DNA of 64,000 nt from the human T2T-CHM13v2.0 reference genome, Homo sapiens. The stretch lies in the NCBI RefSeq assembly GCF_009914755.1, contig NC_060940.1; one strand, given 5' to 3'. The translations under genes were made by a program, and so were the position numbers. Within the stretch, counting starts at the first letter, position 1; every line of letters begins with the position of its first letter. Shown here in pieces: positions 15,101 to 30,400 of this stretch. Below the pieces are notes generated by a model, which searched no databases, had not been told where the DNA came from, and worked only from the letters and a program-made list of their open reading frames with translations.

Positions 15101-18100
15101 TGTGATGATTCCATTCAATTCTATTCAATGATGTCTCCATTTGATTCCATTCGACCATGATTGCCTTTGATTCCATTCAATGATTCCATTCGGTTCCGTT
15201 TGATGATGATTCCGTTCGATTCCATTTGATGATTCCATTTGATTCCATTGGATGAGTCCATTCGATTACATTCGATGATTATTCCATTCGAGTGCATTAG
15301 ATGATTCCATTCGAGTCCATTCGATGATTCCATTCGATTCCATTCGATGTTGATTCTGTTCAAATCCATTCGATGATTCCACTCGATTCCATTCGTTGAC
15401 TCCATTTGATCCCATTCGATGATTTCCTTTGATTCCCTTTGATGATCATTCCGTTTGATTCAATTCGGTGATTTCATTTGATTCCATTCAGTGATGTTTC
15501 CATTCGACTCCATTCGATGATGATTCCATTCGAATCCATTCGATTATGATTTCATTCAATTCCATTCGATAATGATTCCCTTCGAGTCCATTCGATGATT
15601 CCATTCGATTCCATTCAACGATGATTTGATTCGTGTCCATTCGATGATTCCATTTGATTCCACTTGATGATGATTCCATTCGAGTCCATTTGATGATTCC
15701 ATTCAATTCCATACTCCGATGATTTCTTTTGAGCCCACTCAATGCTTCCACTCGATTCCATATGATGATGACTCCATTCGATGAAATTCGATGATGATTC
15801 CATTCGCTTGCTTTCGATGATGATTCCACTTGAGTCCGTTAGAAGATTCTATTCAATTACATTCCATGACGATTCCGTTCGAGTCCATTTGATGATTCCA
15901 TTAGACTCCATTCGACGATGATTCCATTCGATGTTATTCGATGATTCCATTCGATCTCATTCGATGATGATTCCATTCAACTCCATTCGATGTTTCCATT
16001 CGAGTTCATTCTATTATTCCATTAGATTCCATTCGATGATGATTCCATTCGATTCCATTTGATGATTGCATTCTATTTCATTTGATGATGATTCCATTCG
16101 AGTCCACTCGATGATTCCATTCGAGTCCATTTAATGAATCCATTGGTTTCAATTCTATGATGATTACATTGGATTCCATTCGTTGATGATTTCATTCGGT
16201 TCCATTCAATGATGATTCCATTCAATTCCTTTCAATGTTTCCATTCAATTCCATACGATGATGATTCCATTTGATTTGATTCGACAGTGAGCCATTCGAT
16301 TCAATTCCATGATGATTCTATTTGATTCAATTGGTTGACATTTCCATTCGATTCCATTCGATGATGATTCCCTTTGATTCCGTTCAACGATGATTCCATT
16401 CTAGACCATTCAATCATTCCATTCGATTCTATTCAATGATGATTCCATTCATGTCGATTTGGTGATTCCATTTGACTTCATTTGATGATGATTCCTTTCA
16501 AGTTCATTAGATGATTCCATTCGATTCCATTTGATGATGATCCCATTCGAGTCCATTCAGTGATTCCATTCGTTTCCATTCCATGATGATTCCATTCCTT
16601 TCCATTCAATGATTCCATTCGATTCCGTTTGATGATGATTTCATTCGAGTCCATTTGATGATTCCATTTGATTCCATTCGATGATGATTCCATTCGAGTC
16701 CATTCGATGATTCTATTCGAATCCATTTGATGATTTCTTTTGATTATATTTGGTGATGATTCCATTGGAGTCCATTCAATGATTCCATTCTATTCCAATC
16801 GATGATGATTCCATTAGAGTCCATTTAATGATTCCATTTGATTCCAGTCTCTGATGATTACATTCGAGTCCATACGATGATTCCACTCAATTCCATATGA
16901 TGATGATTCCATTTGATTCCATTCGGTGATTCCATTCTATTCTATTCAATGGTGATTCCATTCGAGTACATTAGATGATTCCATTCGATTCCATTCAATG
17001 ATGATTCTATTTGTGTCCCTTAGATGATTCCACATGATTCCATTACATGATGATACTATTTGAGCCCATCCAATGATTCCCTTCGATTCCATTCGATGAG
17101 GATTCCATTCGATTCAATTCATTGGTGATTCTATTCAATTCAATTCTTTGATTCCATTCCATTCCATTCGACAATGATTCCATTCGATTTCTTTCGATGA
17201 TTCCACTCGATTCCACTTGACATTGATTCCATTCGATTCCATTCAATGATTCCATTTGATTCCACTGGATGATGATTGCCATCGATTCCATTCGATCACT
17301 CCATTCTATTCCATTTGATGATGATTACATTCGATTCCATTTGATGATTCCATCTGATTCTATTCGAGGATTCCATTTGATTCCATTCGATGATGATTCC
17401 ATTCGAGTGCATTCGATGATTTCATTCGAGTACATCCAATGATTCCATTCGAGTCCATTAGATGATTCCATTTGATTCCATTTGAAAATGATTCTACTAG
17501 AGTCCATTCAATGACTCCATTCGAGTCCATTCAACAATTCCATTCGACTCCATTCGATGATTCCTTTCGATTCCATTTGATGGTTCCATTCGAGTCCATT
17601 TAATCATTACAGTCGAGTCCATTTGTTGATTCCACTGGATTTCTTTTGATAATGATACCATTCAATTACATTTGATGATGATCCCATTCAACTTCATTTG
17701 ATGATGATTCCATTAGAGTCCATTCGATGATTTCATTCGAGTCCCTTCATTGATTCCATCCGATTTCATTGGATGATGACTCCATTCGAGTCCATTCGAT
17801 GATTCCACTCGATTCCATTAGATGACTCCATTGGAGTCCATTTGATTGTTCCATTCGATTCCATTCGATTCCTTTCGAAGATTATTCCATTTGAGTCCAT
17901 TCGATGATGATTCCATTCCATTCCATTCGATGATTCCGTTTGATTCCATTCGATGATTCCCTTCGATTCCTTTCTTTGATGATTCCATTCCATTCCATTC
18001 AATGATTCCATTCGAATCTATTCCATGATGATTCCTTTCGATTCCATTCGCTGATGTTTCCGTTCAATTCCATTCGATGATGATTCCATTCGATTCCATT

Positions 18101-21100
18101 CATTGAGGATTCCATTTCATTCCATTCAATGATGATTCCATTCTATTCCATTCAATGATTGCATTCAATTCCATTCAATGATTATCCCATTAGAGTAAAC
18201 TCAACGATTTCATTCAATACCATTCGATGATGATTCCTTTTGAGTCCATTCAATGATTTCATTCAAGTCCATTTGATGATTCCTTTCAATTCCATTCTAT
18301 GATGATTCCATTCGAGTCCATTCGATGATTCCATTCGATTGCATTCGATGATTCCATTATATTCCATTCAACGGTGATTCCATTCGAGTCCATTCCATGA
18401 TTCCATTAGAGTACATTTAATGATTGCTTTGTTTTCAATTCGAAGATGATTACATTGGATTCCATTCTATGATACCATTCAATTCCATTCAATGATGATT
18501 CCACTCAAATCCATTGGATGATTCCATTCGTGTCCATTCGGTGATTTCATTAGATTCCATTCGAGGATGATTCCATTCGATTCCATTCGATGATTCCATT
18601 CAATTCCATTCGATGATGATTCCATTCCAGTCCATATGATCATTCCATTTGATTTCATTCGATGATGATTCCATTCGATTCCATTTGATGATTCCATTCT
18701 ATTCCATTCGATGATGATTCCATTCGAGTCCATTCGATGATTCCATTCGAGTCCATTTAATGATTCCATTGGGTTCAATTCAATGATGATTACATTGGAT
18801 TCCGTTCTATGATTCCAGTCAATTCCGTTCATTGACAATTTGATTCCATTCGATGATGATTCCATTTGAGTTCATTCGATGATTCTATTCGATTCTCTTC
18901 GATGGTGATTCAATTCTATTATATTGGATGATTCCATTCGATTCCATTTGATGTTGATTCAATTCGATTCTATTCGATGATGATTCCATTGGATTTCACT
19001 TGATGATTCTATTCGATTCCATTCAATGATGATTCACTTCTCGTCCATTGGATGATTCCATTTCATTCCATTCGATGATGATTCCATTCGATTCCATTCG
19101 ATGATTCCATTTGATTCCATGCGACGGTGAGCAATTCGATTCAATTCCATGATGATTCTATTTGATTCAATTAGATGATGTTTCCATTCGAATCCATTCC
19201 ATGATTATTCCATTGGAATCCATTCGGCGATGATTCCATATGAGTCAATTCAATGATGATTCCATATGGGTCCGTTCGATGATAATTCCATTTGATTTCA
19301 TTCGATGCTTCTATTCTATTCCAGTCGATGATGATTCCGTTGGAGTCCATACGATGATTCCATTTGATTTCATTTGATGATGATTCCATTCGATGATGAT
19401 TACATTGGATTCCATTCTATGATTCCATTCAATTCCATTCGTTGATGATTCGATTCCATTCAATGATGATTCCATTTGAGTTCATTCGATGATTCTATTC
19501 GATTCCGTTCGATGGTGATTCAATTCTATTATATTGGATGATTCCACTCGATTCCATTTGATGATTATTCCATTGGAGTCCACTTAGTGAATCCTTTAGA
19601 TTCTACTCGACGATGATTCCATTCGAGTCCATTCGATGATACCATTCAATTCCATTCGTTGATGCTTCCATTCAAGTGCATTTGATGATATCATTCGATT
19701 CCATTTGATGATAATTCCATTTGATTCCATGCGATGATTCTATTCGATTCCATTCAATGATAATTCCATTCAATTCAGTGATTCCTCTGGACTCCATTTG
19801 ATGATGATTCCATTCAATGATTCCATTCGATTCTATTCGAAAATGATTCCATTTGAATCCATTTGATGATGATTCCATTAGATTCCATTTGATGATTCCA
19901 TTCGATTCCATTCGACGATGATTCCATTCGATTCCGTTTGATGATTCCATTCTATTCTATTCGATGATGATTCCATTCGATTCCATTCGATGATGATTGG
20001 ATTCGATTCCATTTGATGATTTCATTTGATTCCATTCGTTAATGATTTCGATCAATTCCATTCGATGATTCCATTCGATTCCATTCGATAATGATTACAT
20101 CCGAGTCCATTCGATGATTCCCTTTGAGCCTGTTCGATAATTCCATTTGAGTCCAACCAATGATTCCATTCATTTTCATTCAATGATTCCATTCGAGTCC
20201 ATTTGATCATTCCGGTAGGGTCCATTCGATGTTGATTCCATTGGAGTGCATTCGATGATTCCATTCGAGTCCATTTTAGGATTTGATTCGAGTCCTTTCG
20301 ATGATTCCATTCGATTCCACTCGATGATGATTTCATTCGAGTCCATTCGACACTTCCAATCGATTCCATTTGATGATTCCATTCGAGTCCAATTGATGAT
20401 TCCATTCAATTCCATTCGATGATGATTCCGTACGATTCCATTCTGTGATGATTCCATGTGATTGCATTCAATGATGATTCCTTTCGATTGCATTCGATTA
20501 TGATTCATTTCGTGTTCATTCTATGGTTCCACAGGTTTCCATTCGTGTCCATTCCATTATTCCATTCTATTCCATTTGATGATGATTCCATTCGATTCCA
20601 TTCATTGGTGATTCCACTCAATTCCATTCAATGATTCCATTCCATTTCTTTCAACAATGATTCCATTAGTTTCTAATCGATGATCCACTTGATTCCATTT
20701 GACGACGATTCCATTCTTGTCCATTCGATGATTCCATTTGATTCCATATGATGATGATTCCATTCGATTCCATACCATGATGATTCCATTCGAGTCCATT
20801 CAATGGTGATTCCATTCAATTCCATTCGATGATTCCTTTTGATTCCATTCGATGATGATGGCATTCGATTCCTTTCAATCATTCCCTTTGATTCCATTCA
20901 AAGGTGATTTCATTCAAGTCCATTCGATAATTGCATTCGATTCCATTCTATGATGATTCCATTCGAGTCCATTTGATGATTCCATTCAATTCAAGTCAAT
21001 GATGATTCCATTCGATTCCATTCGATGATTCCATTGGATTCCATTCGATGATGATTCCATTCAAATCCATTCGATAATTCAATTCAAGTCCATTCGATGA

Positions 21101-24100
21101 TGATTCCAATCGAATCCATTCAAAGATTCCATTCAGTTCCATTCGATGATTCCCTTAGATTCCATTCGATGATTCCACTTGATTGCATTTACGATGATTC
21201 CATTCGATTCCATGTGATGATTCCATTCAATTCTATTCAATGATGTCTCCATTTGATTCCATTCGACCATGATTGCCTTTGATTCCATTCAATGATTCCA
21301 TTCGGTTCCGTTTGATGATGATTCCGTTCGATTCCATTTGATGATTCCATTTGATTCCATTGGATGAGTCCATTCGATTACATTCGATGATTATTCCATT
21401 CGAGTGCATTAGATGATTCCATTCGAGTCCATTCGATGATTCCATTCGATTCCATTCGATGTTGATTCTGTTCAAATCCATTCGATGATTCCACTCGATT
21501 CCATTCGTTGACTCCATTTGATCCCATTCGATGATTTCCTTTGATTCCCTTTGATGATCATTCCGTTTGATTCAATTCGGTGATTTCATTTGATTCCATT
21601 CAGTGATGTTTCCATTCGACTCCATTCGATGATGATTCCATTCGACTCCATTCGATTATGATTTCATTCAATTCCATTCGATAATGATTCCCTTCGAGTC
21701 CATTCGATGATTCCATTCGATTCCATTCAACGATGATTTGATTCGTGTCCATTCGATGATTCCATTTGATTCCACTTGATGATGATTCCATTCGAGTCCA
21801 TTTGATGATTCCATTCAATTCCATACTCCGATGATTTCTTTTGAGCCCACTCAATGCTTCCACTCGATTCCATATGATGATGACTCCATTCGATGAAATT
21901 CGATGATGATTCCATTCGCTTGCTTTCGATGATGATTCCACTTGAGTCCGTTAGAAGATTCTATTCAATTACATTCCATGACGATTCCGTTCGAGTCCAT
22001 TTGATGATTCCATTAGACTCCATTCGACGATGATTCCATTCGATGTTATTCGATGATTCCATTTGATCTCATTCGATGATGATTCCATTCAACTCCATTC
22101 GATGTTTCCATTCGAGTTCATTCTATTATTCCATTAGATTCCATTCGATGATGATTCCATTCGATTCCATTTGATGATTGCATTCTATTTCATTTGATGA
22201 TGATTCCATTCGAGTCCACTCGATGATTCCATTCGAGTCCATTTAATGAATCCATTGGTTTCAATTCTATGATGATTACATTGGATTCCATTCGTTGATG
22301 ATTTCATTCGGTTCCATTCAATGATGATTCCATTCAATTCCTTTCAATGTTTCCATTCAATTCCATACGATGATGATTCCATTTGATTTGATTCGACAGT
22401 GAGCCATTCGATTCAATTCCATGATGATTCTATTTGATTCAATTGGTTGACATTTCCATTCGATTCCATTCGATGATGATTCCCTTTGATTCCGTTCAAA
22501 GATGATTCCATTCTAGCCCATTCAATCATTCCATTCGATTCTATTCAATGATGATTCCATTCATGTCGATTTGGTGATTCCATTTGACTTCATTTGATGA
22601 TGATTCCTTTCAAGTTCATTAGATGATTCCATTCGATTCCATTTGATGATGATCCCATTCGAGTCCATTCAGTGATTCCATTCGTTTCCATTCCATGATG
22701 ATTCCATTCCTTTCCATTCAATGATTCCATTCGATTCCGTTTGATGATGATTTCATTCGAGTCCATTTGATGATTCCATTTGATTCCATTCGATGATGAT
22801 TCCATTCGAGTCCATTCGATGATTCTATTCGAATCCATTTGATGATTTCTTTTGATTATATTTGGTGATGATTCCATTGGAGTCCATTCAATGATTCCAT
22901 TCTATTCCAATCGATGATGATTCCATTAGAGTCCATTTAATGATTCCATTTGATTCCAGTCTCTGATGATTACATTCGAGTCCATACGATGATTCCACTC
23001 AATTCCATATGATGATGATTCCATTTGATTCCATTCGGTGATTCCATTCTATTCTATTCAATGGTGATTCCATTCGAGTACATTAGATGATTCCATTCGA
23101 TTCCATTCAATGATGATTCTATTTGTGTCCCTTAGATGATTCCACATGATTCCATTACATGATGATACTATTTGAGCCCATCCAATGATTCCCTTCGATT
23201 CCATTCGATGAGGATTCCATTCGATTCAGTTCATTGGTGATTCTATTCAATTCAATTCTTTGATTCCATTCCATTCCATTCGACAATGATTCCATTCGAT
23301 TTCTTTCGATGATTCCACTCGATTCCACTTGACATTGATTCCCTTCGATTCCATTCAATGATTCCATTTGATTCCAGTGGATGATGATTGCCATCGATTC
23401 CATTCGATCACTCCATTCTATTCCATTTGATGATGATTACATTCGATTCCATTTGACGATTCCATCTGATTCTATTCGAGGATTCCATTTGATTCCATTC
23501 GATGATGATTCCATTCGAGTCCATTCGATGATTTCATTCGAGTACATCCAATGATTCCATTCGAGTCCATTAGATGATTCCATTTGATTCCATTTGAAAA
23601 TGATTCTACTAGAGTCCATTCAATGACTCCATTCGAGTCCATTCAACAATTCCATTCGACTCCATTCGATGATTCCATTCGATTCCATTTGATGGTTCCA
23701 TTCGAGTCCATTTAATCATTACAGTCGAGTCCATTTGGTGATTCCACTGGATTTCTTTTGATAATGATACCATTCAATTACATTTGATGATGATCCCATT
23801 CAATTTCATTTGATGATGATTCCATTAGAGTCCATTCGATGATTTCATTCGAGTCCCTTCATTGATTCCATCCGATTTCATTGGATGATGACTCCATTCG
23901 AGTCCATTCGATGATTCCACTCGATTCCATTAGATGACTCCATTGGAGTCCATTTGATTGTTCCATTCGATTCCATTCGATTCCTTTCGAAGATTATTCC
24001 ATTTGAGTCCATTCGATGATGATTCCATTCCATTCCATTCGATGATTCCGTTTGATTCCATTCGATGATTCCCTTCGATTCCTTTCTTTGATGATTCCAT

Positions 24101-24447
24101 TCCATTCCATTCAATGATTCCATTCGAATCTATTCCATGATGATTCCTTTCGATTCCATTCGCTGATGTTTCCGTTCAATTCCATTCGATAATGATTCCA
24201 TTCGATTCCATTCATTGAGGATTCCATTTGATTCCATTCAATGATGATTCCATTCTATTCCATTCAATGATTGCATTCAATTCCATTCAATGATTATCCC
24301 ATTAGAGTAAACTCAACGATTCCATTCAATACCATTCGATGATGATTCCTTTTGAGTCCATTCAATGATTTCATTCAAGTCCATTTGATGATTCCTTTCA
24401 ATTCCATTCTATGATGATTCCATTCGAGTCCATTCGATGATTCCATT
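6112..24447 (+). repeat. 6.1-kb units U2, U3, U4 (6,112 bp each: 6112-12223, 12224-18335, 18336-24447)
   Basis: Landmark and ORF offsets are exactly 6,112 (ORF ends 6641, 12753, 18865, 24977). Confidence 0.92.
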
Positions 24448-27400
24448 CGATTGCATTCGATGATTCCATTATATTCCATTCAACGGTGATTCCATTCGAG
24501 TCCATTCCATGATTCCATTAGAGTACATTTAATGATTGCTTTGTTTTCAATTCGAAGATGATTACATTGGATTCCATTCTATGATACCATTCGATTCCAT
24601 TCAATGATGATTCCACTCAAATCCATTGGATGATTCCATTCGTGTCCATTCGGTGATTTCATTAGATTCCATTCGAGGATGATTCCATTCGATTCCATTC
24701 GATGATTCCATTCAATTCCATTCGATGATGATTCCATTCCAGTCCATATGATCATTCCATTTGATTTCATTCGATGATGATTCCATTCGATTCCTTTCGA
24801 CGATTCCATTCTATTCCATTCGATGATGATTCCATTCGAGTCCATTCGATGATTCCATTCGAGTCCATTTAATGATTCCATTGGGTTCAATTCAATGATG
24901 ATTACATTGGATTCCGTTCTATGATTCCATTCAATTCCGTTCATTGACAATTTGATTCCATTCGATGATGATTCCATTTGAGTTCATTCGATGATTCTAT
25001 TCGATTCTCTTCGATGGTGATTCAATTCTATTATATTGGATGATTCCATTCGATTCCATTTGATGTTGATTCAATTCGATTCTATTCGATGATGATTCCA
25101 TTGGATTTCACTTGATGATTCTATTCGATTCCATTCAATGATGATTCACTTCTCGTCCATTGGATGATTCCATTTCATTCCATTCGATGATGATTCCATT
25201 CGATTCCATTCGATGATTCCATTTGATTCCATGCGACGGTGAGCAATTCGATTCAATTCCATGATGATTCTATTTGATTCAATTAGATGATGTTTCCATT
25301 CGAATCCATTCCATGATTATTCCATTGGAATCCATTCGGCGATGATTCCATATGAGTCAATTCAATGATGATTCCATATGGGTCCGTTCGATGATAATTC
25401 CATTTGATTTCATTCGATGCTTCTATTCTATTCCAGTCGATGATGATTCCGTTGGAGTCCATACGATGATTCCATTTGATTTCATTTGATGATGATTCCA
25501 TTCGATGATGATTACATTGGATTCCATTCTATGATTCCATTCAATTCCATTCGTTGATGATTCGATTCCATTCAATGATGATTCCATTTGAGTTCATTCG
25601 ATGATTCTATTCGATTCCGTTCGATGGTGATTCAATTCTATTATATTGGATGATTCCACTCGATTCCATTTGATGATTATTCCATTGGAGTCCACTTAGT
25701 GAATCCTTTAGATTCTACTCGACGATGATTCCATTCGAGTCCATTCGATGATACCATTCAATTCCATTCGTTGATGCTTCCATTCAAGTGCATTCGATGA
25801 TATCATTCGATTCCATTTGATGATAATTCCATTTGATTCCATGCGATGATTCTATTCGATTCCATTCAATGATAATTCCATTCAATTCAGTGATTCCTCT
25901 GGACTCCATTTGATGATGATTCCATTCAATGATTCCATTCGATTCTATTCGAAAATGATTCCATTTGAATCCATTTGATGATGATTCCATTAGATTCCAT
26001 TTGATGATTCCATTCGATTCCATTCGACGATGATTCCATTCGATTCCGTTTGATGATTCCATTCCATTCTATTCGATGATGATTCCATTCGATTCCATTC
26101 GATGATGATTGGATTCGATTCCATTTGATGATTTCATTTGATTCCATTCGTTAATGATTTCGATCAATTCCATTCGATGATTCCATTCGATTCCATTCGA
26201 TAATGATTACATCCGAGTCCATTCGATGATTCCCTTTGAGCCTGTTCGATAATTCCATTTGAGTCCAACCAATGATTCCATTCATTTCCATTCAATGATT
26301 CCATTCGAGTCCATTTGATCATTCCGGTAGGGTCCATTCGATGTTGATTCCATTGGAGTGCATTCGATGATTCCATTCGAGTCCATTTTAGGATTTGATT
26401 CGAGTCCTTTCAATGATTCCATTCGATTCCACTCGATGATGATTTCATTCGAGTCCATTCGACACTTCCAATCGATTCCATTTGATGATTCCATTCGAGT
26501 CCAATTGATGATTCCATTCAATTCCATTCGATGATGATTCCGTACGATTCCATTCTGTGATGATTCCATGTGATTGCATTCAATGATGATTCCTTTCGAT
26601 TGCATTCGATTATGATTCATTTCGTGTTCATTCTATGGTTCCACAGGTTTCCATTCGTGTCCATTCCATTATTCCATTCTATTCCATTTGATGATGATTC
26701 CATTCGATTCCATTCATTGGTGATTCCACTCAATTCCATTCAATGATTCCATTCCATTTCTTTCAACAATGATTCCATTAGTTTCTAATCGATGATCCAC
26801 TTGATTCCATTTGACGACGATTCCATTCTTGTCCATTCGATGATTCCATTTGATTCCATATGATGATGATTCCATTCGATTCCATACCATGATGATTCCA
26901 TTCGAGTCCATTCAATGGTGATTCCATTCAATTCCATTCGATGATTCCTTTCGATTCCATTCAATGATGATGGCATTCGATTCCTTTCAATCATTCCCTT
27001 TGATTCCATTCAAAGGTGATTTCATTCAAGTCCATTCGATAATTGCATTCGATTCCATTCTATGATGATTCCATTCGAGTCCATTTGATGATTCCATTCA
27101 ATTCAAGTCAATGATGATTCCATTCAATTCCATTCGATGATTCCATTGGATTCCATTCGATGATGATTCCATTCAAATCCATTCGATAATTCAATTCAAG
27201 TCCATTCGATGATGATTCCAATCGAATCCATTCAAATATTCCATTCTGTTCCATTCGATGATTCCCTTAGATTCTATTCGATGATTCCACTTGATTGCAT
27301 TTACGTTGATTCCATTCGATTCCATGTGATGATTCCATTCAATTCTATTCAATGATGTCTCCATTTGATTCCATTCGACCATGATTGCCTTTGATTCCAT

Positions 27401-30400
27401 TCAATGATTCCATTCGGTTCCGTTTGATGATGATTCCGTTCGATTCCATTTGATGATTCCATTTGATTCCATTGGATGAGTCCATTCGATTACATTCGAT
27501 GATTATTCCATTCGAGTGCATTAGATGATTCCATTCGAGTCCATTCGATGATTCCATTCGATTCCATTCGATGTTGATTCTGTTCAAATCCATTCGATGA
27601 TTCCACTCGATTCCATTCGTTGACTCCATTTGATCCCATTCGATGATTTCCTTTGATTCCCTTTGATGATCATTCCATTTGATTCAATTCGGTGATTTCA
27701 TTTGATTCCATTCAGTGATGTTTCCATTCGACTCCATTCGATGATGATTCCATTCGACTCCATTCGATTATGATTTCATTCAATTCCATTCGATAATGAT
27801 TCCCTTCGAGTCCATTCGATGATTCCATTCGATTCCATTCAACGATGATTTGATTCGTGTCCATTCGATGATTCCATTTGATTCCACTTGATGATGATTC
27901 CATTCGAGTCCATTTGATGATTCCATTCAATTCCATACTCCGATGATTTCTTTTGAGCCCACTCAATGCTTCCACTCGATTCCATATGATGATGACTCCA
28001 TTCGATGAAATTCGATGATGATTCCATTCGCTTGCTTTCGATGATGATTCCACTTGAGTCCGTTAGAAGATTCTATTCAATTACATTCCATGACGATTCC
28101 GTTCGAGTCCATTTGATGATTCCATTAGACTCCATTCGACGATGATTCCATTCGATGTTATTCGATGATTCCATTCGATCTCATTCGATGATGATTCCAT
28201 TCAACTCCATTCGATGTTTCCATTCGAGTTCATTCTATTATTCCATTAGATTCCATTCGATGATGATTCCATTCGATTCCATTTGATGATTGCATTCTAT
28301 TTCATTTGATGATGATTCCATTCGAGTCCACTCGATGATTCCATTCGAGTCCATTTAATGAATCCATTGGTTTCAATTCTATGATGATTACATTGGATTC
28401 CATTCGTTGATGATTTCATTCGGTTCCATTCAATGATGATTCCATTCAATTCCTTTCAATGTTTCCATTCAATTCCATACGATGATGATTCCATTTGATT
28501 TGATTCGACAGTGAGCCATTCGATTCAATTCCATGATGATTCTATTTGATTCAATTGGTTGACATTTCCGTTCGATTCCATTCGATGATGATTCCCTTTG
28601 ATTCCGTTCCAAGATGATTCCATTCTAGCCCATTCAATCATTCCATTCGATTCTATTCAATGATGATTCCATTCATGTCGATTTGGTGATTCCATTTGAC
28701 TTCATTTGATGATGATTCCTTTCAAGTTCATTAGATGATTCCATTCGATTCCATTTGATGATGATCCCATTCGAGTCCATTCAGTGATTCCATTCGTTTC
28801 CATTCCATGATGATTCCATTCCTTTCCATTCAATGATTCCATTCGATTCCGTTTGATGATGATTTCATTCGAGTCCATTTGATGATTCCATTTGATTCCA
28901 TTCGATGATGATTCCATTCGAGTCCATTCGATGATTCTATTCGAATCCATTTGATGATATCTTTTGATTATAGTTGGTGATGATTCCATTGGAGTCCATT
29001 CAATGATTCCATTCTATTCCAATCGATGATGATTCCATTAGAGTCCATTTAATGATTCCATTTGATTCCAGTCTCTGATGATTACATTCGAGTCCATACG
29101 ATGATTCCACTCAATTCCATATGATGATGATTCCATTTGATTCCATTCGGTGATTCCATTCTATTCTACTCAATGGTGATTCCATTCGAGTACATTAGAT
29201 GATTCCATTCGATTCCATTCAATGATGATTCTATTTGTGTCCCTTAGATGATTCCACATGATTCCATTACATGATGATACTATTTGAGCCCATCCAATGA
29301 TTCCCTTCGATTCCATTCGATGAGGATTCCATTCGATTCAATTCATTGGTGATTCTATTCAATTCAATTCTTTGATTCCATTCCATTCCATTCGACAATG
29401 ATTCCATTCGATTTCTTTCGATGATTCCACTCGATTCCACTTGACATTGATTCCATTCGATTCCATTCAATGATTCCATTTGATTCCAGTGGATGATGAT
29501 TGCCATCGATTCCATTCGATCACTCCATTCTATTCCATTTGATGATGATTACATTCGATTCCATTTGATGATTCCATCTGATTCTATTCGAGGATTCCAT
29601 TTGATTCCATTCGATGATGATTCCATTCGAGTCCATTCGATGATTTCATTCGAGTACATCCAATGATTCCATTCGAGTCCATTAGATGATTCCATTTGAT
29701 TCCATTTGAAAATGATTCTACTAGTGTCCATTCAATGACTCCATTCGAGTCCATTCAACAATTCCATTCGACTCCATTCGATGATTCCATTCGATTCCAT
29801 TTGATGGTTCTATTCGAGTCCATTTAATCATTACAGTCGAGTCCATTTGGTGATTCCACTGGATTTCTTTTGATAATGATACCATTCAATTACATTTGAT
29901 GATGATCGCATTCAATTTCATTTGATGATGATTCCATTAGAGTCCATTCGATGATTTCATTCGAGTCCCTTCATTGATTCCATCCGATTTCATTGGATGA
30001 TGACTCCATTCGAGTCCATTCGATGATTCCACTCGATTCCATTAGATGACTCCATTGGAGTCCATTTGATTGTTCCATTCGATTCCATTCGATTCCTTTC
30101 GAAGATTATTCCATTTGAGTCCATTCGATGATGATTCCATTCCATTCCATTCGATGATTCCGTTTGATTCCATTCGATGATTCCCTTCGATTCCTTTCTT
30201 TGATGATTCCATTCCATTCCATTCAATGATTCCATTCGAATCTATTCCATGATGATTCCTTTCGATTCCATTCGCTGATGTTTCCGTTCAATTCCATTCG
30301 ATGATGATTCCATTCGATTCCATTCATTGAGGATTCCATTAGATTCCATTCAATGATGATTCCATTCTATTCCATTCAATGATTGCATTCAATTCCATTC